Below are positions 7,823-17,125 of a stretch of 64,000 nt of DNA, piece by piece. Origin of the DNA: Candidatus Cloacimonadota bacterium (GTDB lineage: Bacteria > Cloacimonadota > Cloacimonadia > Cloacimonadales > Cloacimonadaceae); assembly GCA_023421135.1 (NCBI GenBank), contig JAEZUG010000026.1, forward strand, positions 1,155 through 65,154, given 5' to 3'. Below the pieces are notes generated by a model. It did not search any database. It was not told the DNA's origin and saw nothing but the letters and a program-made list of their open reading frames with translations. Every line of letters begins with the position of its first letter. Position 1 is the stretch's first letter. The translations under genes were made by a program, and so were the position numbers.

Positions 7823-10689
7823 GCTCTGATACATCTGAACAAAAAGTAGAATCTCTGGATAGCATCCTGAATTTCGTCTCCCTGGATATCGAGACCACGG
7901 GCTTGGATACACGCAGGGATGAGATTATTCAGATAGCTGCGATCCGATTCACTGCGGGAAAGAAAACAGAAGTCTTTGATAGCTTTGTGAAACCCAATGC
8001 TAAGGTGCCCACTTTCATCAAAGCTCTTACTCACATCTCATCGGAAGATCTAAAGAATGCTCCGGATATTAAGGCTGTTCTTCCCAAGCTTCTGGAGTTC
8101 ATTGGTGATTCTGTGATAGTAGGCCAAAATATTGCTTTTGATTTGGGGTTTATTGATGAGAATCTGATACGTATGGGCAAGTTTCCCATTCGTAATCAGA
8201 GATGGGATACGGCCGAGATCGGCAGGGTTTATCTGCCATTCATCAATAATCACAAGCTGGGAACCATGTGTAGAGAGTTTTATATAGTGCTGGATAATGC
8301 TCATCGGGCAGACGCAGATGCTGTTGCCACCGGAGAGCTGCTTTGCCACCTGAGTCATCACATCTACGATCACTATAGTCTGGTGCTCAACGCCAGACTC
8401 TTGGATCTTGCCAAACAGGCCAAGCTGGAAGACAGCCTATATCACTATCTGTATAAACTAGTCGAGTTTCAAAGACATTATGCTTTGATTGGTAAGAAGC
8501 CTGAGCCACCTGAAAACAAGCTGGTTAACGTCATCGATCATCAGATTCCGGGCAATGGAGTAGCGGATATTGAGAACGTCTTTGGTCCTTCCGGAATATT
8601 CTCCCAGCGCTTTGAAAACTATGAATTCAGAAGTGGCCAGCTAGAGATGGCCAAACACATTGCTCTGGCTTTTGAGCAGGAACATCATCTGGCAGTGGAG
8701 GCAGGCACGGGAGTGGGGAAGTCTTTTGCATACTTGGTTCCTGCCATGCAATATGGACTGGATAAACGTACCAAAGTTTTGATCTCTACCAACACCAAGA
8801 ACCTCCAGGAACAGCTCTTCTTCAAGGATATACCAGCTCTTCGCAAGATCATCCCCATCCCCTTTAAAGCATGTTTGGTAAAGGGGAGGGACAATTATAT
8901 CTGTGAACGGCGTTGGAATGAGTTGCTGAGCGACCAGAGCAAAGGCTATACAGATTATGAAGCACATGCTTTACTCTATCTGGTGGTTTGGAAGCAGCTC
9001 ACTCACACAGGAGATATCTCGGAGAATTCGTCCTTCGATCGCAGCCGGTTCAGCTTTGTGTGGAGAAAAGTATGCTCAGATCGCTACCTCTGTGGAGGAA
9101 GAAGATGTCCGCTCAATAAGAGCTGCTATCTGATGAAGCTCCGTAAGGATATTGAGGACGCCAGTATAGTGGTGGCCAATCACTCTTTGCTTCTGGCTGA
9201 TATGCAGACCGATAACCAGAGCTTGGGAGAATATAGCTATCTGGTAGTAGATGAGGCTCATAACCTAATGGCTTCTGCTGCTCGTCTTTTGGGCTTTGAA
9301 CTCGGCTATGTGGATTTGAATTCTCTGCTTCAGCAATTGGGTAGCTCTCATCGCAGGCAACACACAGGCTTTTTGAGCCAATTAAACAGGGCAGTTGAAA
9401 AGAGTCTCTGCCCGGATGCTGTGAAGACACAGATGAGCTCACTGGTCAAGAATGTGGAGAAGAATATTGAGTTTCTTCGCAAACCTCTGCAGGACATGTT
9501 CAATGAGGCTGGTCGGATAGTTCTCCAGGCAGATAGCTTTGGAAAGTGCAGGATAAAGACTCAAGGACAGTATCCTGCTTTAGACGAGAAATTGCTTAGT
9601 GTAAGGAACACCTGGAAATCCCTGGTGAAAGATCTCACGGCTATAAGCAATGTGCTCAGCACTATCAAAACGGGTGTTCTGGCTCAATATGAGAACTATG
9701 TGGAAAGCCTGTCTTCCTTTGGTGCTCGCATGTCTGAAATCGAACAATCCATGATGATACTCCTGGATCCAGATCTGGATAACTATGCTCTGTGGTTGGA
9801 AAACAATGGGGGAGACCGGAATACACCCTCAGCGGTTATCTGTTACGCACCAGTTGAGGTGGGAGAGCATCTCAACCGGATTCTTTACAAAAATGTCCGA
9901 AGCATTGTCTTTACATCAGCCACTCTCGCTTTAAGAGGTTCTTTCAAGTTTTTCAAGGGACAGAGTGGCCTTAATCTGGTGGAGGATGGTAAGCTGGTTG
10001 AGGAGATAGTGGATTCTCCTTTTGACTACGATAAACAGTCACGTCTCATGATCAGCAGCTTCTTACCAGAACCCAAAGACCGTTTCTTTGGGAATCAAGC
10101 CCTGGCCTGTCTGGAGCAGATAGTAACATCGGTCAATATCGGTACCATGGTACTTTTTACTTCCTATAAGGACCTGAACCAGGTTTTCGAGCACCTTTCA
10201 GATGTGTTGTATCAGAACAACCGCAGTTTCTTCGCCCAGGGTAAAGGCTCCAGCCGTTCATCTATTCTGAGTGAGTTTAAACAGGTGGATAATGCAGTAC
10301 TCCTGGGCACCAGTTCATTTTGGGAAGGGGTGGACATTCAAGGTAAGTCACTATCACTTCTTATTCTGTACAAGCTGCCCTTCATGGTGCCATCCGAACC
10401 AGTCGTGGAAGCTTATATCGATAAATTGGAACGAGAGCAGAAAGACTCCTTCATGTACTATATGTTGCCCAATGCACTCCTGAGATTACGCCAGGGCTTT
10501 GGCAGACTGATCAGAAGTAAGAGTGATACTGGTATAGTGTTAATAATGGATTCCAGAGTCTCTACCAAGAAGTATGGTAGTTATTTTAAAGAAGTATTAC
10601 CTTGTCAAAGTCGTGAGTTCCAATCTGAACAACAGCTCTTTAGTGAAATCGCTGCCTTTTTCAGAAACCAAGAAACGGAAGACAAATGA
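7819..10689 (+). CDS. dinG: bifunctional DnaQ-like 3'-5' exonuclease / DinG-family ATP-dependent DNA helicase
   Basis: Exonuclease motifs SLDIETTGLD and HRADADA. Helicase motifs AGTGVGKS (8701-8724), VVDEAHNL and a C-terminal GRLIRS. Cys cluster C-x~70-VCSDRYLCGGRRCPLNKSC suggests an XPD-type Fe-S domain. TTG start overlaps the upstream TGA stop. Confidence 0.85.
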   Translation: MSSDTSEQKVESLDSILNFVSLDIETTGLDTRRDEIIQIAAIRFTAGKKTEVFDSFVKPNAKVPTFIKALTHISSEDLKNAPDIKAVLPKLLEFIGDSVIVGQNIAFDLGFIDENLIRMGKFPIRNQRWDTAEIGRVYLPFINNHKLGTMCREFYIVLDNAHRADADAVATGELLCHLSHHIYDHYSLVLNARLLDLAKQAKLEDSLYHYLYKLVEFQRHYALIGKKPEPPENKLVNVIDHQIPGNGVADIENVFGPSGIFSQRFENYEFRSGQLEMAKHIALAFEQEHHLAVEAGTGVGKSFAYLVPAMQYGLDKRTKVLISTNTKNLQEQLFFKDIPALRKIIPIPFKACLVKGRDNYICERRWNELLSDQSKGYTDYEAHALLYLVVWKQLTHTGDISENSSFDRSRFSFVWRKVCSDRYLCGGRRCPLNKSCYLMKLRKDIEDASIVVANHSLLLADMQTDNQSLGEYSYLVVDEAHNLMASAARLLGFELGYVDLNSLLQQLGSSHRRQHTGFLSQLNRAVEKSLCPDAVKTQMSSLVKNVEKNIEFLRKPLQDMFNEAGRIVLQADSFGKCRIKTQGQYPALDEKLLSVRNTWKSLVKDLTAISNVLSTIKTGVLAQYENYVESLSSFGARMSEIEQSMMILLDPDLDNYALWLENNGGDRNTPSAVICYAPVEVGEHLNRILYKNVRSIVFTSATLALRGSFKFFKGQSGLNLVEDGKLVEEIVDSPFDYDKQSRLMISSFLPEPKDRFFGNQALACLEQIVTSVNIGTMVLFTSYKDLNQVFEHLSDVLYQNNRSFFAQGKGSSRSSILSEFKQVDNAVLLGTSSFWEGVDIQGKSLSLLILYKLPFMVPSEPVVEAYIDKLEREQKDSFMYYMLPNALLRLRQGFGRLIRSKSDTGIVLIMDSRVSTKKYGSYFKEVLPCQSREFQSEQQLFSEIAAFFRNQETEDK

Positions 10690-11615
10690 GAGAAACTATT
10701 ACTCAGCGTTTTGGAGCCCTACATGAAGACGGGAGACTGCGGTTTGATGAACCACTTTCCCGTCACTGCAGCTTCAAAATCGGTGGCCCTGCCGACGTTA
10801 TAGCAATACCACAGACAGAAAAAGAATTCATCGAGCTGCTCAGCTTTGCTCTGGAACACCAAGTTCCCTACTTCATCCTGGGCAATGGCTCAAATCTGCT
10901 GATCAGCGACAAAGGCTACCGTGGCCTGATTATCAAGAGCTCTGGAATGAACAAGATATCAAGAGACGAGCTCTTTATCTCTGCTTATGCGGGTACAGTG
11001 CTCTCGCAAGCCTGCAGCTTTGCCAGAGATCTGGGTCTGGCAGGTCTTGAGTGGGCCAGCGGGATACCCGGAACTGTGGGCGGAGCAGTTTTCATGAATG
11101 CCGGAGCCTATGGAGGAGAGATCAAAGACTGCCTCTATTTCAGCAGATGTATTCGCCCTGACTTAGAGTCTTTGAGGGCTAAGAACCCAATCATCTACCT
11201 CAAGAATGAAGAGCATCACTTTGCTTACCGTAAAAGCTCTCTACAATCCAGTGGACTAATAGTCCTCAGCTCCGCTTTCAAGCTTGAGAAGGATTCTACG
11301 GAGGCAATATCTGCCAGAATGGAAGAGCTGAAACAGCAGAGAAACTCTAAACAACCCATGGATCTACCATCAGCTGGCAGCGTGTTTAAGCGTCCGGAAG
11401 GTCATTTCACCGGTAAATTGATTGATGACTGCGGGCTTAGAGGTTATCGGATAGGAGATGCGGCAGTATCGGATAAGCACTGCGGTTTCATTGTGAATAT
11501 GGGGAAAGCTAGCTTTAATGATGTTTTTGCCTTGATCCAACACGTCAAAAGTACGGTAAAAGAAAGATTCGGAGTGGAACTAGAGACTGAGATCAGACTT
11601 CTGGGTGAGCTTTGA
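10686..11615 (+). CDS. murB: UDP-N-acetylenolpyruvoylglucosamine reductase
   Basis: FKIGGPAD, GNGSNLL, PGTVGGAVFMNAGAYG, AGSVFKRP. ATGA overlap with dinG. Confidence 0.9.
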   Translation: MRETITQRFGALHEDGRLRFDEPLSRHCSFKIGGPADVIAIPQTEKEFIELLSFALEHQVPYFILGNGSNLLISDKGYRGLIIKSSGMNKISRDELFISAYAGTVLSQACSFARDLGLAGLEWASGIPGTVGGAVFMNAGAYGGEIKDCLYFSRCIRPDLESLRAKNPIIYLKNEEHHFAYRKSSLQSSGLIVLSSAFKLEKDSTEAISARMEELKQQRNSKQPMDLPSAGSVFKRPEGHFTGKLIDDCGLRGYRIGDAAVSDKHCGFIVNMGKASFNDVFALIQHVKSTVKERFGVELETEIRLLGEL

Positions 11616-12400
11616 GACAATCTGGAAAATACATATATCCTTCAATCCTATTTGTTCTGTTGATTCTTGCTTGGCACGCTCTCAGTCTGAGCCGCAGCCT
11701 GGACTCCTGGATATTGCCATCTCCTCTTAAGGTGCTCTCTGCTTTCACTGAAGCCGGCGATCTACTATGGTATCATTTCAAGTTTACTCTGCAAGCCACA
11801 CTCTATGGTTTTGCCATCAGCATAGTTCTTGGCTTGATCACAGCCATGATAATGGATAACATCAGAGCTTTTCATCAGGCTCTGTATCCCTATATCATTG
11901 CTTCTCAAACCATCCCGATCATAGCTATTGCACCTCTGCTTATCATCTGGTTTGGCTATGGGCTGGCATCCAAAGTCTTCACAGTGGTGCTCATTTGCTT
12001 TTTCCCCATAGCATTAAATTTCTGGATTGGTCTGAGCAGCGTGAGCATAGATCAGATTCGTCTGATTCGCTCAATGGGAGCAGGACGTTGGAAGACTTTC
12101 CTCTATCTTAAACTGCCTGCCTCACTACCAAGCCTGTTTACCGGGCTCAAGCTTTCTGCTACCTACAGTGTAATGGGTGCGATTATTGGTGAGTGGTTAG
12201 GCGGAGTCGGCGGCTTGGGAATCTATATGACCAGAGCCAGCAAATCATATTTGACTCATCATGTCTATGCCATAGTGATTGTGATAGTAATGCTCAGCCT
12301 GGCTCTCTTCTTAGTCGTATCACTATTTGAGCGCTTACTCCTAAAGTGGAACGCTCCTAAACAAGAAGAGTATAAAGATTTCAAGGAATTAAGGAATTAA
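11612..12400 (+). CDS. ABC transporter permease (SsuC/TauC/ThiX-like binding-protein-dependent type)
   Basis: Six predicted TM segments. EAA-like loop IRLIRSMGAGRWKTFLYLKLPASLP. Start overlaps the murB stop. Confidence 0.75.
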   Translation: MRQSGKYIYPSILFVLLILAWHALSLSRSLDSWILPSPLKVLSAFTEAGDLLWYHFKFTLQATLYGFAISIVLGLITAMIMDNIRAFHQALYPYIIASQTIPIIAIAPLLIIWFGYGLASKVFTVVLICFFPIALNFWIGLSSVSIDQIRLIRSMGAGRWKTFLYLKLPASLPSLFTGLKLSATYSVMGAIIGEWLGGVGGLGIYMTRASKSYLTHHVYAIVIVIVMLSLALFLVVSLFERLLLKWNAPKQEEYKDFKELRN

Positions 12401-12475
12401 TTTGTGGTCATAATGATTTTAATGGACTATATTGTTGAATAAGAGCCAAATCTAACAGCCAAAAAGGAGACCCTA

Positions 12476-13303
12476 ATGCTAGCTATCACTGGTATCGGAC
12501 AAGCAATTACAGAATTCTTCACACCAGATAGAATCTCTATGCTGGTTCGAGTTGCCCTTATCTTAGGCATAGGGCTGCCATTGCTATCTTTGATTAAGAA
12601 GATTACGGTCAAGCTAACTCATGGCAAGCTTTCTCCCCAATCCGAGCAGTTGATCCAGAGAGCTGTTTATTATCTCGGTTTCCTGGTTTTGGTGGTTACT
12701 CTGTTGAATGAGTTTGGCTTCAAGCTTTCGGCTCTTCTGGGAGCTGCTGGTGTGCTTGGTATTGCAATAGGCTTTGCTTCTCAGACCAGTGTATCCAATA
12801 TCATAAGCGGTATCTTCCTGATTAGTGAGAAACCCTTTGTTATCGGAGACGTGATTGACATCGGGGGAACGATCGGAACAGTGGCCTCAATCGATCTCCT
12901 CTCCATAAAGCTTAAGACCCCAGACAACCGTTTTGTACGTGTTCCCAATGAGAACATGATCAAGACTGAAGTCATCAATATCACACGATTCGAAACACGA
13001 AGGGTAAACATCAATGTCTCAGTAGCATATGAATCAGATATGAGTAAGGTTCTGCAAATTCTTGACAACATCGCCAATACTGAAGAACTTGCCCTCAAAG
13101 AACCCAAATACATTTCGGTCGTTGATGCCTTCTCCGATTCAGGCATCAATGTCCTCTTTGGAGTTTGGGGAAATACCAGCGACTATTGGACCTTACGGAA
13201 CAATCTGATGCTTAGGGTTAAACAGGAGTTTGAAAATAACGGGATATCGATTCCATATCCCCACGTGCAGATTGTTGCACAGAACAACAAAGAACAAGTA
13301 TAG
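12476..13303 (+). CDS. mechanosensitive ion channel (MscS family)
   Basis: Three N-terminal TM helices, then SNIISGIFLISEKPFVIGDVI..G..GTV..I.L....K..DN....VPN, typical of the MscS beta-domain. Confidence 0.85.
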   Translation: MLAITGIGQAITEFFTPDRISMLVRVALILGIGLPLLSLIKKITVKLTHGKLSPQSEQLIQRAVYYLGFLVLVVTLLNEFGFKLSALLGAAGVLGIAIGFASQTSVSNIISGIFLISEKPFVIGDVIDIGGTIGTVASIDLLSIKLKTPDNRFVRVPNENMIKTEVINITRFETRRVNINVSVAYESDMSKVLQILDNIANTEELALKEPKYISVVDAFSDSGINVLFGVWGNTSDYWTLRNNLMLRVKQEFENNGISIPYPHVQIVAQNNKEQV

Positions 13304-13317
13304 AAGAGGTAAGAATT

Positions 13318-14016
13318 ATGACAAAACCCAAGATCAAAGGCATCATCTTTGATATGGATGGGACACTTTTAGACACACTCAAGGATATTGCTGACGCAAT
13401 GAACGAAGCCTTGGTAGAATTCGGTTTCCCCGCTCATCCTGAAGAAGACTACAAGGGTTTTGTAGGTAGTGGGCTTTCCGAACTTTGCAAAAGAGTTCTT
13501 CCTGAGAAGAACCAAAGCCAAACGCAGATCAACAAGCTGACTCAGAAGTTTTGGGAAAACTATGAGAACAATTGGTTCATGCACACCAAACCGTATTCCG
13601 GAATCATGTATCTGGTTCAGTTGGGGATAGCCCGCAAGCTCAAGCTTGCCATCCTATCAAACAAACCTCATTACTTTACAAAGAAAATGATCAGGCATTT
13701 CTTCAGGGGTGCCATGATCAAGCATTTCAAAAACCCCTTTGGAATTTACAGTGGAGAACAGACAGATAAGCCCGCTAAGCCAGATCCAACGATCGCTCTT
13801 GAGCTTGCTGAGCGCTTGAATGTGCTGCCAGCAAATATAGCTTTTGTGGGTGATAGTGATGTGGACATGCAGACGGCAAAGAATGCAGGCATGATCGCAG
13901 TTGGCGCCGCCTGGGGATTCAGAAGCAAGAAAGAACTCCAGGATGCCGGAGCCGATTACGTCTTCGACACAGCCCTTGATTTGGTGAAGTTCATAGAATC
14001 CGAGCCTGCTATCTGA
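13318..14016 (+). CDS. HAD-family hydrolase (phosphoglycolate phosphatase-like)
   Basis: HAD motif [13 protein letters not shown], motif II ILSNK, motif [19 protein letters not shown]. Confidence 0.8.
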   Translation: MTKPKIKGIIFDMDGTLLDTLKDIADAMNEALVEFGFPAHPEEDYKGFVGSGLSELCKRVLPEKNQSQTQINKLTQKFWENYENNWFMHTKPYSGIMYLVQLGIARKLKLAILSNKPHYFTKKMIRHFFRGAMIKHFKNPFGIYSGEQTDKPAKPDPTIALELAERLNVLPANIAFVGDSDVDMQTAKNAGMIAVGAAWGFRSKKELQDAGADYVFDTALDLVKFIESEPAI

Positions 14017-14432
14017 TGAAATCATTCAGGAAGGTTCTCACGATCAGAACAGACACCCGACGAGCCTATCTGAACCTCACACCCCAGGTGGAGACTGCCA
14101 TCCGGGAAAGCGGGATCAGAGAAGGAATGTGCTTGGTAAATGCCATGCATATCACGGCCTCAGTGTTTATTAACGATCATGAGAGCGGTTTGCATGCCGA
14201 CTTTGAGAAGTGGCTGGAGAAGCTTGCCCCGGAGAAACCTCATAACCAATATCAACACAATGGCTATGAAGAAAATGCCGATGCCCACCTGAAACGTCAG
14301 ATCATGGGCAGAGAAGTGGTTTGTGCCATTACAGAAGGCAAATTGGACTTCGGTCCATGGGAGCAGATATTCTACGGCGAATTCGATGGTATGCGTGACA
14401 AACGAGTCCTGATCAAACTGATCGGAGAATAA
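14016..14432 (+). CDS. YjbQ/UPF0047 family protein (secondary thiamine-phosphate synthase type)
   Basis: 138 aa. [23 protein letters not shown]...NADAHLK...[18 protein letters not shown]. Start overlaps the stop of the HAD gene. Confidence 0.85.
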   Translation: MKSFRKVLTIRTDTRRAYLNLTPQVETAIRESGIREGMCLVNAMHITASVFINDHESGLHADFEKWLEKLAPEKPHNQYQHNGYEENADAHLKRQIMGREVVCAITEGKLDFGPWEQIFYGEFDGMRDKRVLIKLIGE

Positions 14433-14454
14433 CCCAGCTATTAATAGCAGATAA

Positions 14455-14485
14455 ACGGGCAGTGAATACACTGCCCGTTTTTTTT
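14455..14485 (+). terminator. rho-independent terminator after yjbQ-like gene
   Basis: 10-bp stem ACGGGCAGTG/CACTGCCCGT, 4-nt loop, then an 8-T run. Confidence 0.85.
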
Positions 14486-14500
14486 CCTCGTCAAACATAG

Positions 14501-14600
14501 TCCTTTCCTATTCCTCCCCAAGATGATTCTTTAGCAATTCATTAGCGATCCTTTAGCGAAAGCTAAGGAAAGACTTATGCTGTATTAAGTTATGGATAAG
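14501..14600 (+). repeat. dispersed intergenic repeat, copy A (pyrimidine tract + 11-bp TTAGCGATCC-type units + hairpin + conserved tail)
   Basis: CCTTTCCTATTCCTCCCC...GATTCTTTAGCAATTCATTAGCGATCCTTTAGCGAAAGCTAAGGAAAGACTTATGCTGTATTAAGTTATGGATAAG aligns by eye with copies B, C and D. Confidence 0.7.
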
Positions 14601-14678
14601 CAATTGAATAAGGGTCCTATCTACATACAGATGGATAGTTTAGAAGCACCACAGTCAACATATTGGAGTGGATGAAGC

Positions 14679-14707
14679 AAAAGAACGGCCTCCCAATTGA
14701 GAGGCCG
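14679..14707 (-). terminator. probable terminator of the T9SS-domain gene
   Basis: On the minus strand: CGGCCTC-loop-GAGGCCG followed by TTCTTTT, about 20 nt after the stop at 14729. Confidence 0.5.
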
Positions 14708-14728
14708 GATATCTTTGTTGATCAAGTT

Positions 14729-16045
14729 TTATCTGAGCTTGATAGCTCTGTAGGAATTGACAGCGTTTCCTATCCTGCTCTTGATAAAGTAGATGCCTGG
14801 TGCTGCTGGATGGCCACTGGTTTCAGAATTCCAATTGATAATGCTTCCGGGATGAGTTCGGTATTTCTGAACTAACTGGCCTCTAAGGTTATAGATTGAG
14901 ACTTCCATTTCCTCGTCCTGCTTGCTGAAGGTCTCTATGGTTAGCTCAGAACTGAAGGGGATGGGGTAGAGCTTCAGGCCAAAATCTGCAGCGGGTACAA
15001 GAACGGGGTCTTCATTGGCTGTGTATGTCTCCCAGATGTATTCCACTTTATCCACATCAACAAAGGCATTATCAATGTACTCCTGTTCAATCTCATGTTC
15101 TAAATTTCCGTTGGCCAGATAGCTGTAGAGCTTTCGGCTGGAATTTTGCCACTGGTTCATATTCCAATAGTAATAGGTGGTTTGAGTGCGCTGGTTTTGA
15201 GCATTGAATTCGGATGCACTCTTATCTGAAAGAACCCAAGCTGCACTTTCCCAATCGTATTCGATTTCTTCGGCTATCATTCCAGGGAATTCAAAGCCGT
15301 CGTTTATGAGCATAAAGGGTAGGTTCTGAGACATGTACTCTATGAACTGCAGGCCAGTACTTGTGTCATTGGGATGATAAGTGCGTGTAATCTTATCATT
15401 GGGAGACCAGTTTATTGAATCAGGTGAGGCATCGGAATATTCGGCGACAATTCTTCCCTGTCCATCTGCATCGAAAGTTGATTTGTAATACATAGCTGTA
15501 CGATTCTCTTCTTCAGACTCTTCCCAATTATAAACAACGGATACTTCGGGCCCATCGTAGAAGATATGTAAACGAGTGAAGGGAATCCACAGCTCCGGAT
15601 CTTTGCTCAATGGCATATCTCCACTGTATCCAAAAAGACTCGTTATGCGGTTCTGATTGTCATACTGTGCTACAGTCTTCATCATCGGCATCAAATTGCC
15701 AAAGAAATTCATGTAGATCACGTTCTCGGCTACGTAACCTTCAGCATTGTAGTAGATATAGGCTACCATCATAGCTGGGAACCACTCCCCGGATTCTGCA
15801 TCATACATGTCCATGTGCATTGAATCTGGTTGAGCTGTTTGCGATGAACTATAGAAGAAATTGGCTCGTGAATTTGGCACCCATGCTGCTCCATCCTTGC
15901 TACTGTATATCTGTTGAGCAATTCTATGAGCCCTGTTAATAGTCTGCGCAGGTCTCAAACGCAACGCTCCGGGATTATCAAAGATACCTGCGATAATCAC
16001 AAGTGGGATGAATAATAGAACCAACGGGACAAGAATCTTTTTCAT
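14729..16045 (-). CDS. secreted protein with T9SS-type (Por_Secre_tail-like) C-terminal sorting domain
   Basis: N-terminal signal/TM MKKILVPLVLLFIPLVIIAG. C-terminal LKLYPIPFSSELTIE...VSIYNLRGQLV...GIYFIKS...AIKL pattern. The central region is not recognisable. Confidence 0.65.
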   Translation of the reverse strand: MKKILVPLVLLFIPLVIIAGIFDNPGALRLRPAQTINRAHRIAQQIYSSKDGAAWVPNSRANFFYSSSQTAQPDSMHMDMYDAESGEWFPAMMVAYIYYNAEGYVAENVIYMNFFGNLMPMMKTVAQYDNQNRITSLFGYSGDMPLSKDPELWIPFTRLHIFYDGPEVSVVYNWEESEEENRTAMYYKSTFDADGQGRIVAEYSDASPDSINWSPNDKITRTYHPNDTSTGLQFIEYMSQNLPFMLINDGFEFPGMIAEEIEYDWESAAWVLSDKSASEFNAQNQRTQTTYYYWNMNQWQNSSRKLYSYLANGNLEHEIEQEYIDNAFVDVDKVEYIWETYTANEDPVLVPAADFGLKLYPIPFSSELTIETFSKQDEEMEVSIYNLRGQLVQKYRTHPGSIINWNSETSGHPAAPGIYFIKSRIGNAVNSYRAIKLR

Positions 16046-16188
16046 GGTACACCTCGTTTTGTTTTTTTTACTACTGTTAAAATAACCCGGAATTGCCTTC
16101 TGTCAAGTCTTCAGGCGATTTGATACTAATTATGGCTGGTTTCACACATCATTCTGCTATTCATTGGATGGTGGAGACACTCTCGCTC

Positions 16189-16216
16189 TTGACAGCATTC
16201 CTGCTTTGATTATCTT
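16189..16216 (+). promoter_or_regulatory. putative ssrA promoter
   Basis: TTGACA (16189-16194), 16-nt spacer, TATCTT (16211-16216), about 30 nt upstream of the mature tmRNA 5' end. Confidence 0.3.
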
Positions 16217-16244
16217 GGTTCATAGATCTTTGAACAGAGTATAT

Positions 16245-16592
16245 GGGGGTGACATGGTTTCGACAGGAAACTTTGAGTGTAAGAGATGCATGCCGGAGAC
16301 GCTATCCACTCCGTTATCAAGTGGCACAAAAATTAATTGCAAACAACAACTACTCCTTAGCAGCATAAGCCGCTAACGTCTCACCTTCCCGTTCCGTCGG
16401 GGAAGAATGAGGCGTCGTAACAGTACGGACGCTCCGGGGTTGGTGCCTGAATATCCCGGCTAAGCTAATAGGCTGGGTTGCATAGTGGTCTGATTGCCTT
16501 CCACATGTGATCAAGATTAAAGACAACTAAGCATGTAGATTCTTTTATGGGCAGTTTTTTGGACGCGGGTTCGATACCCGCCACCTCCACCA
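16245..16592 (+). ncRNA. ssrA: tmRNA (transfer-messenger RNA)
   Basis: The 5' GGGGGUG pairs with the 3' CACCUCC-ACCA, including the G3:U alanine identity pair. T-arm GGGTTCGATACCCGC. Tag ORF GCA AAC AAC AAC TAC TCC TTA GCA GCA TAA (16339-16368) encodes ANNNYSLAA. Confidence 0.93.
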
Positions 16593-16596
16593 TTTT

Positions 16597-16626
16597 AGTT
16601 AATAGTGAGAAGTTAATAGTGAATAG
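16597..16626. repeat. left arm of the imperfect inverted repeat flanking the four-helix-bundle gene
   Basis: AGTTAATAGTGAGAAGTTAATAGTGAATAG. The reverse complement of the right arm reads AGTTAATGGTTAATGAGTTAATGGTTAATGG. Confidence 0.55.
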
Positions 16627-16714
16627 AATCTATACTCGTAGCTGGGGAAGTGTTTGCTAAGGTTAAGAGTATAGCTCTGTAAGTTAGATAATATAAAAAT
16701 AGTTTGGAGGGATT

Positions 16715-17086
16715 ATGATGCATACTGATTTGCAAGTCTATAAAGAAAGCATGCTGCTGGTGAAAGATATCTATGACCTGACCAGGAGCTTTCCCAAGGA
16801 TGAACAGTGGGCACTTACATCCCAAATGAAGCGAGCCGTTATATCGATTCCATCAAATCTTGCGGAAGGATCTGGAAGAAGATCAAGCAAAGAACTTTCT
16901 CATTTCTTGAACATTTCTTTGGGCTCTCTATCCGAGCTTGAAACACAGATAGAGATAGCAAACATATTGGGCTTTATAGAAGATAAGAGCATGACAGAGC
17001 CTATTATAGCAAGGTTGAACAGCGTCAAACGCATGCTGGTCGCGCTACAGAAAAGAGTAACTACTCCACCTCTCAGCTCGAAATGA
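16715..17086 (+). CDS. four-helix-bundle protein (23S rRNA intervening-sequence protein family)
   Basis: 123 aa. ...QMKRAVISIPSNLAEGSGRRSSKELSHFLNISLGSLSELETQ... is the family signature (R-A--SI--NIAEG...F-------GS--E). GGAGGG RBS. Confidence 0.8.
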   Translation: MMHTDLQVYKESMLLVKDIYDLTRSFPKDEQWALTSQMKRAVISIPSNLAEGSGRRSSKELSHFLNISLGSLSELETQIEIANILGFIEDKSMTEPIIARLNSVKRMLVALQKRVTTPPLSSK

Positions 17087-17090
17087 CACG

Positions 17091-17125
17091 CCCATTAACC
17101 ATTAACTCATTAACCATTAACTGCG
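17091..17125. repeat. right arm of the imperfect inverted repeat flanking the four-helix-bundle gene
   Basis: CCCATTAACCATTAACTCATTAACCATTAACTGCG. Can pair with 16597-16626 as two 12-16-bp helices around a small internal loop. Confidence 0.55.

Noticed and set aside
14526-14570. The tandem 11-bp TTAGCGATCC units as a CRISPR array or minisatellite.
   Set aside because: The units are contiguous with no spacers, only 3-4 per locus, and part of a larger dispersed element. This is not CRISPR architecture.
16322-16340. Sigma-54 promoter-like TGGCAC...TTGCA.
   Set aside because: The spacer is 9 nt instead of 5, and the site lies inside the tmRNA just before the tag reading frame. It is coincidental. 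I found no convincing -24/-12 promoter in any intergenic region by eye.
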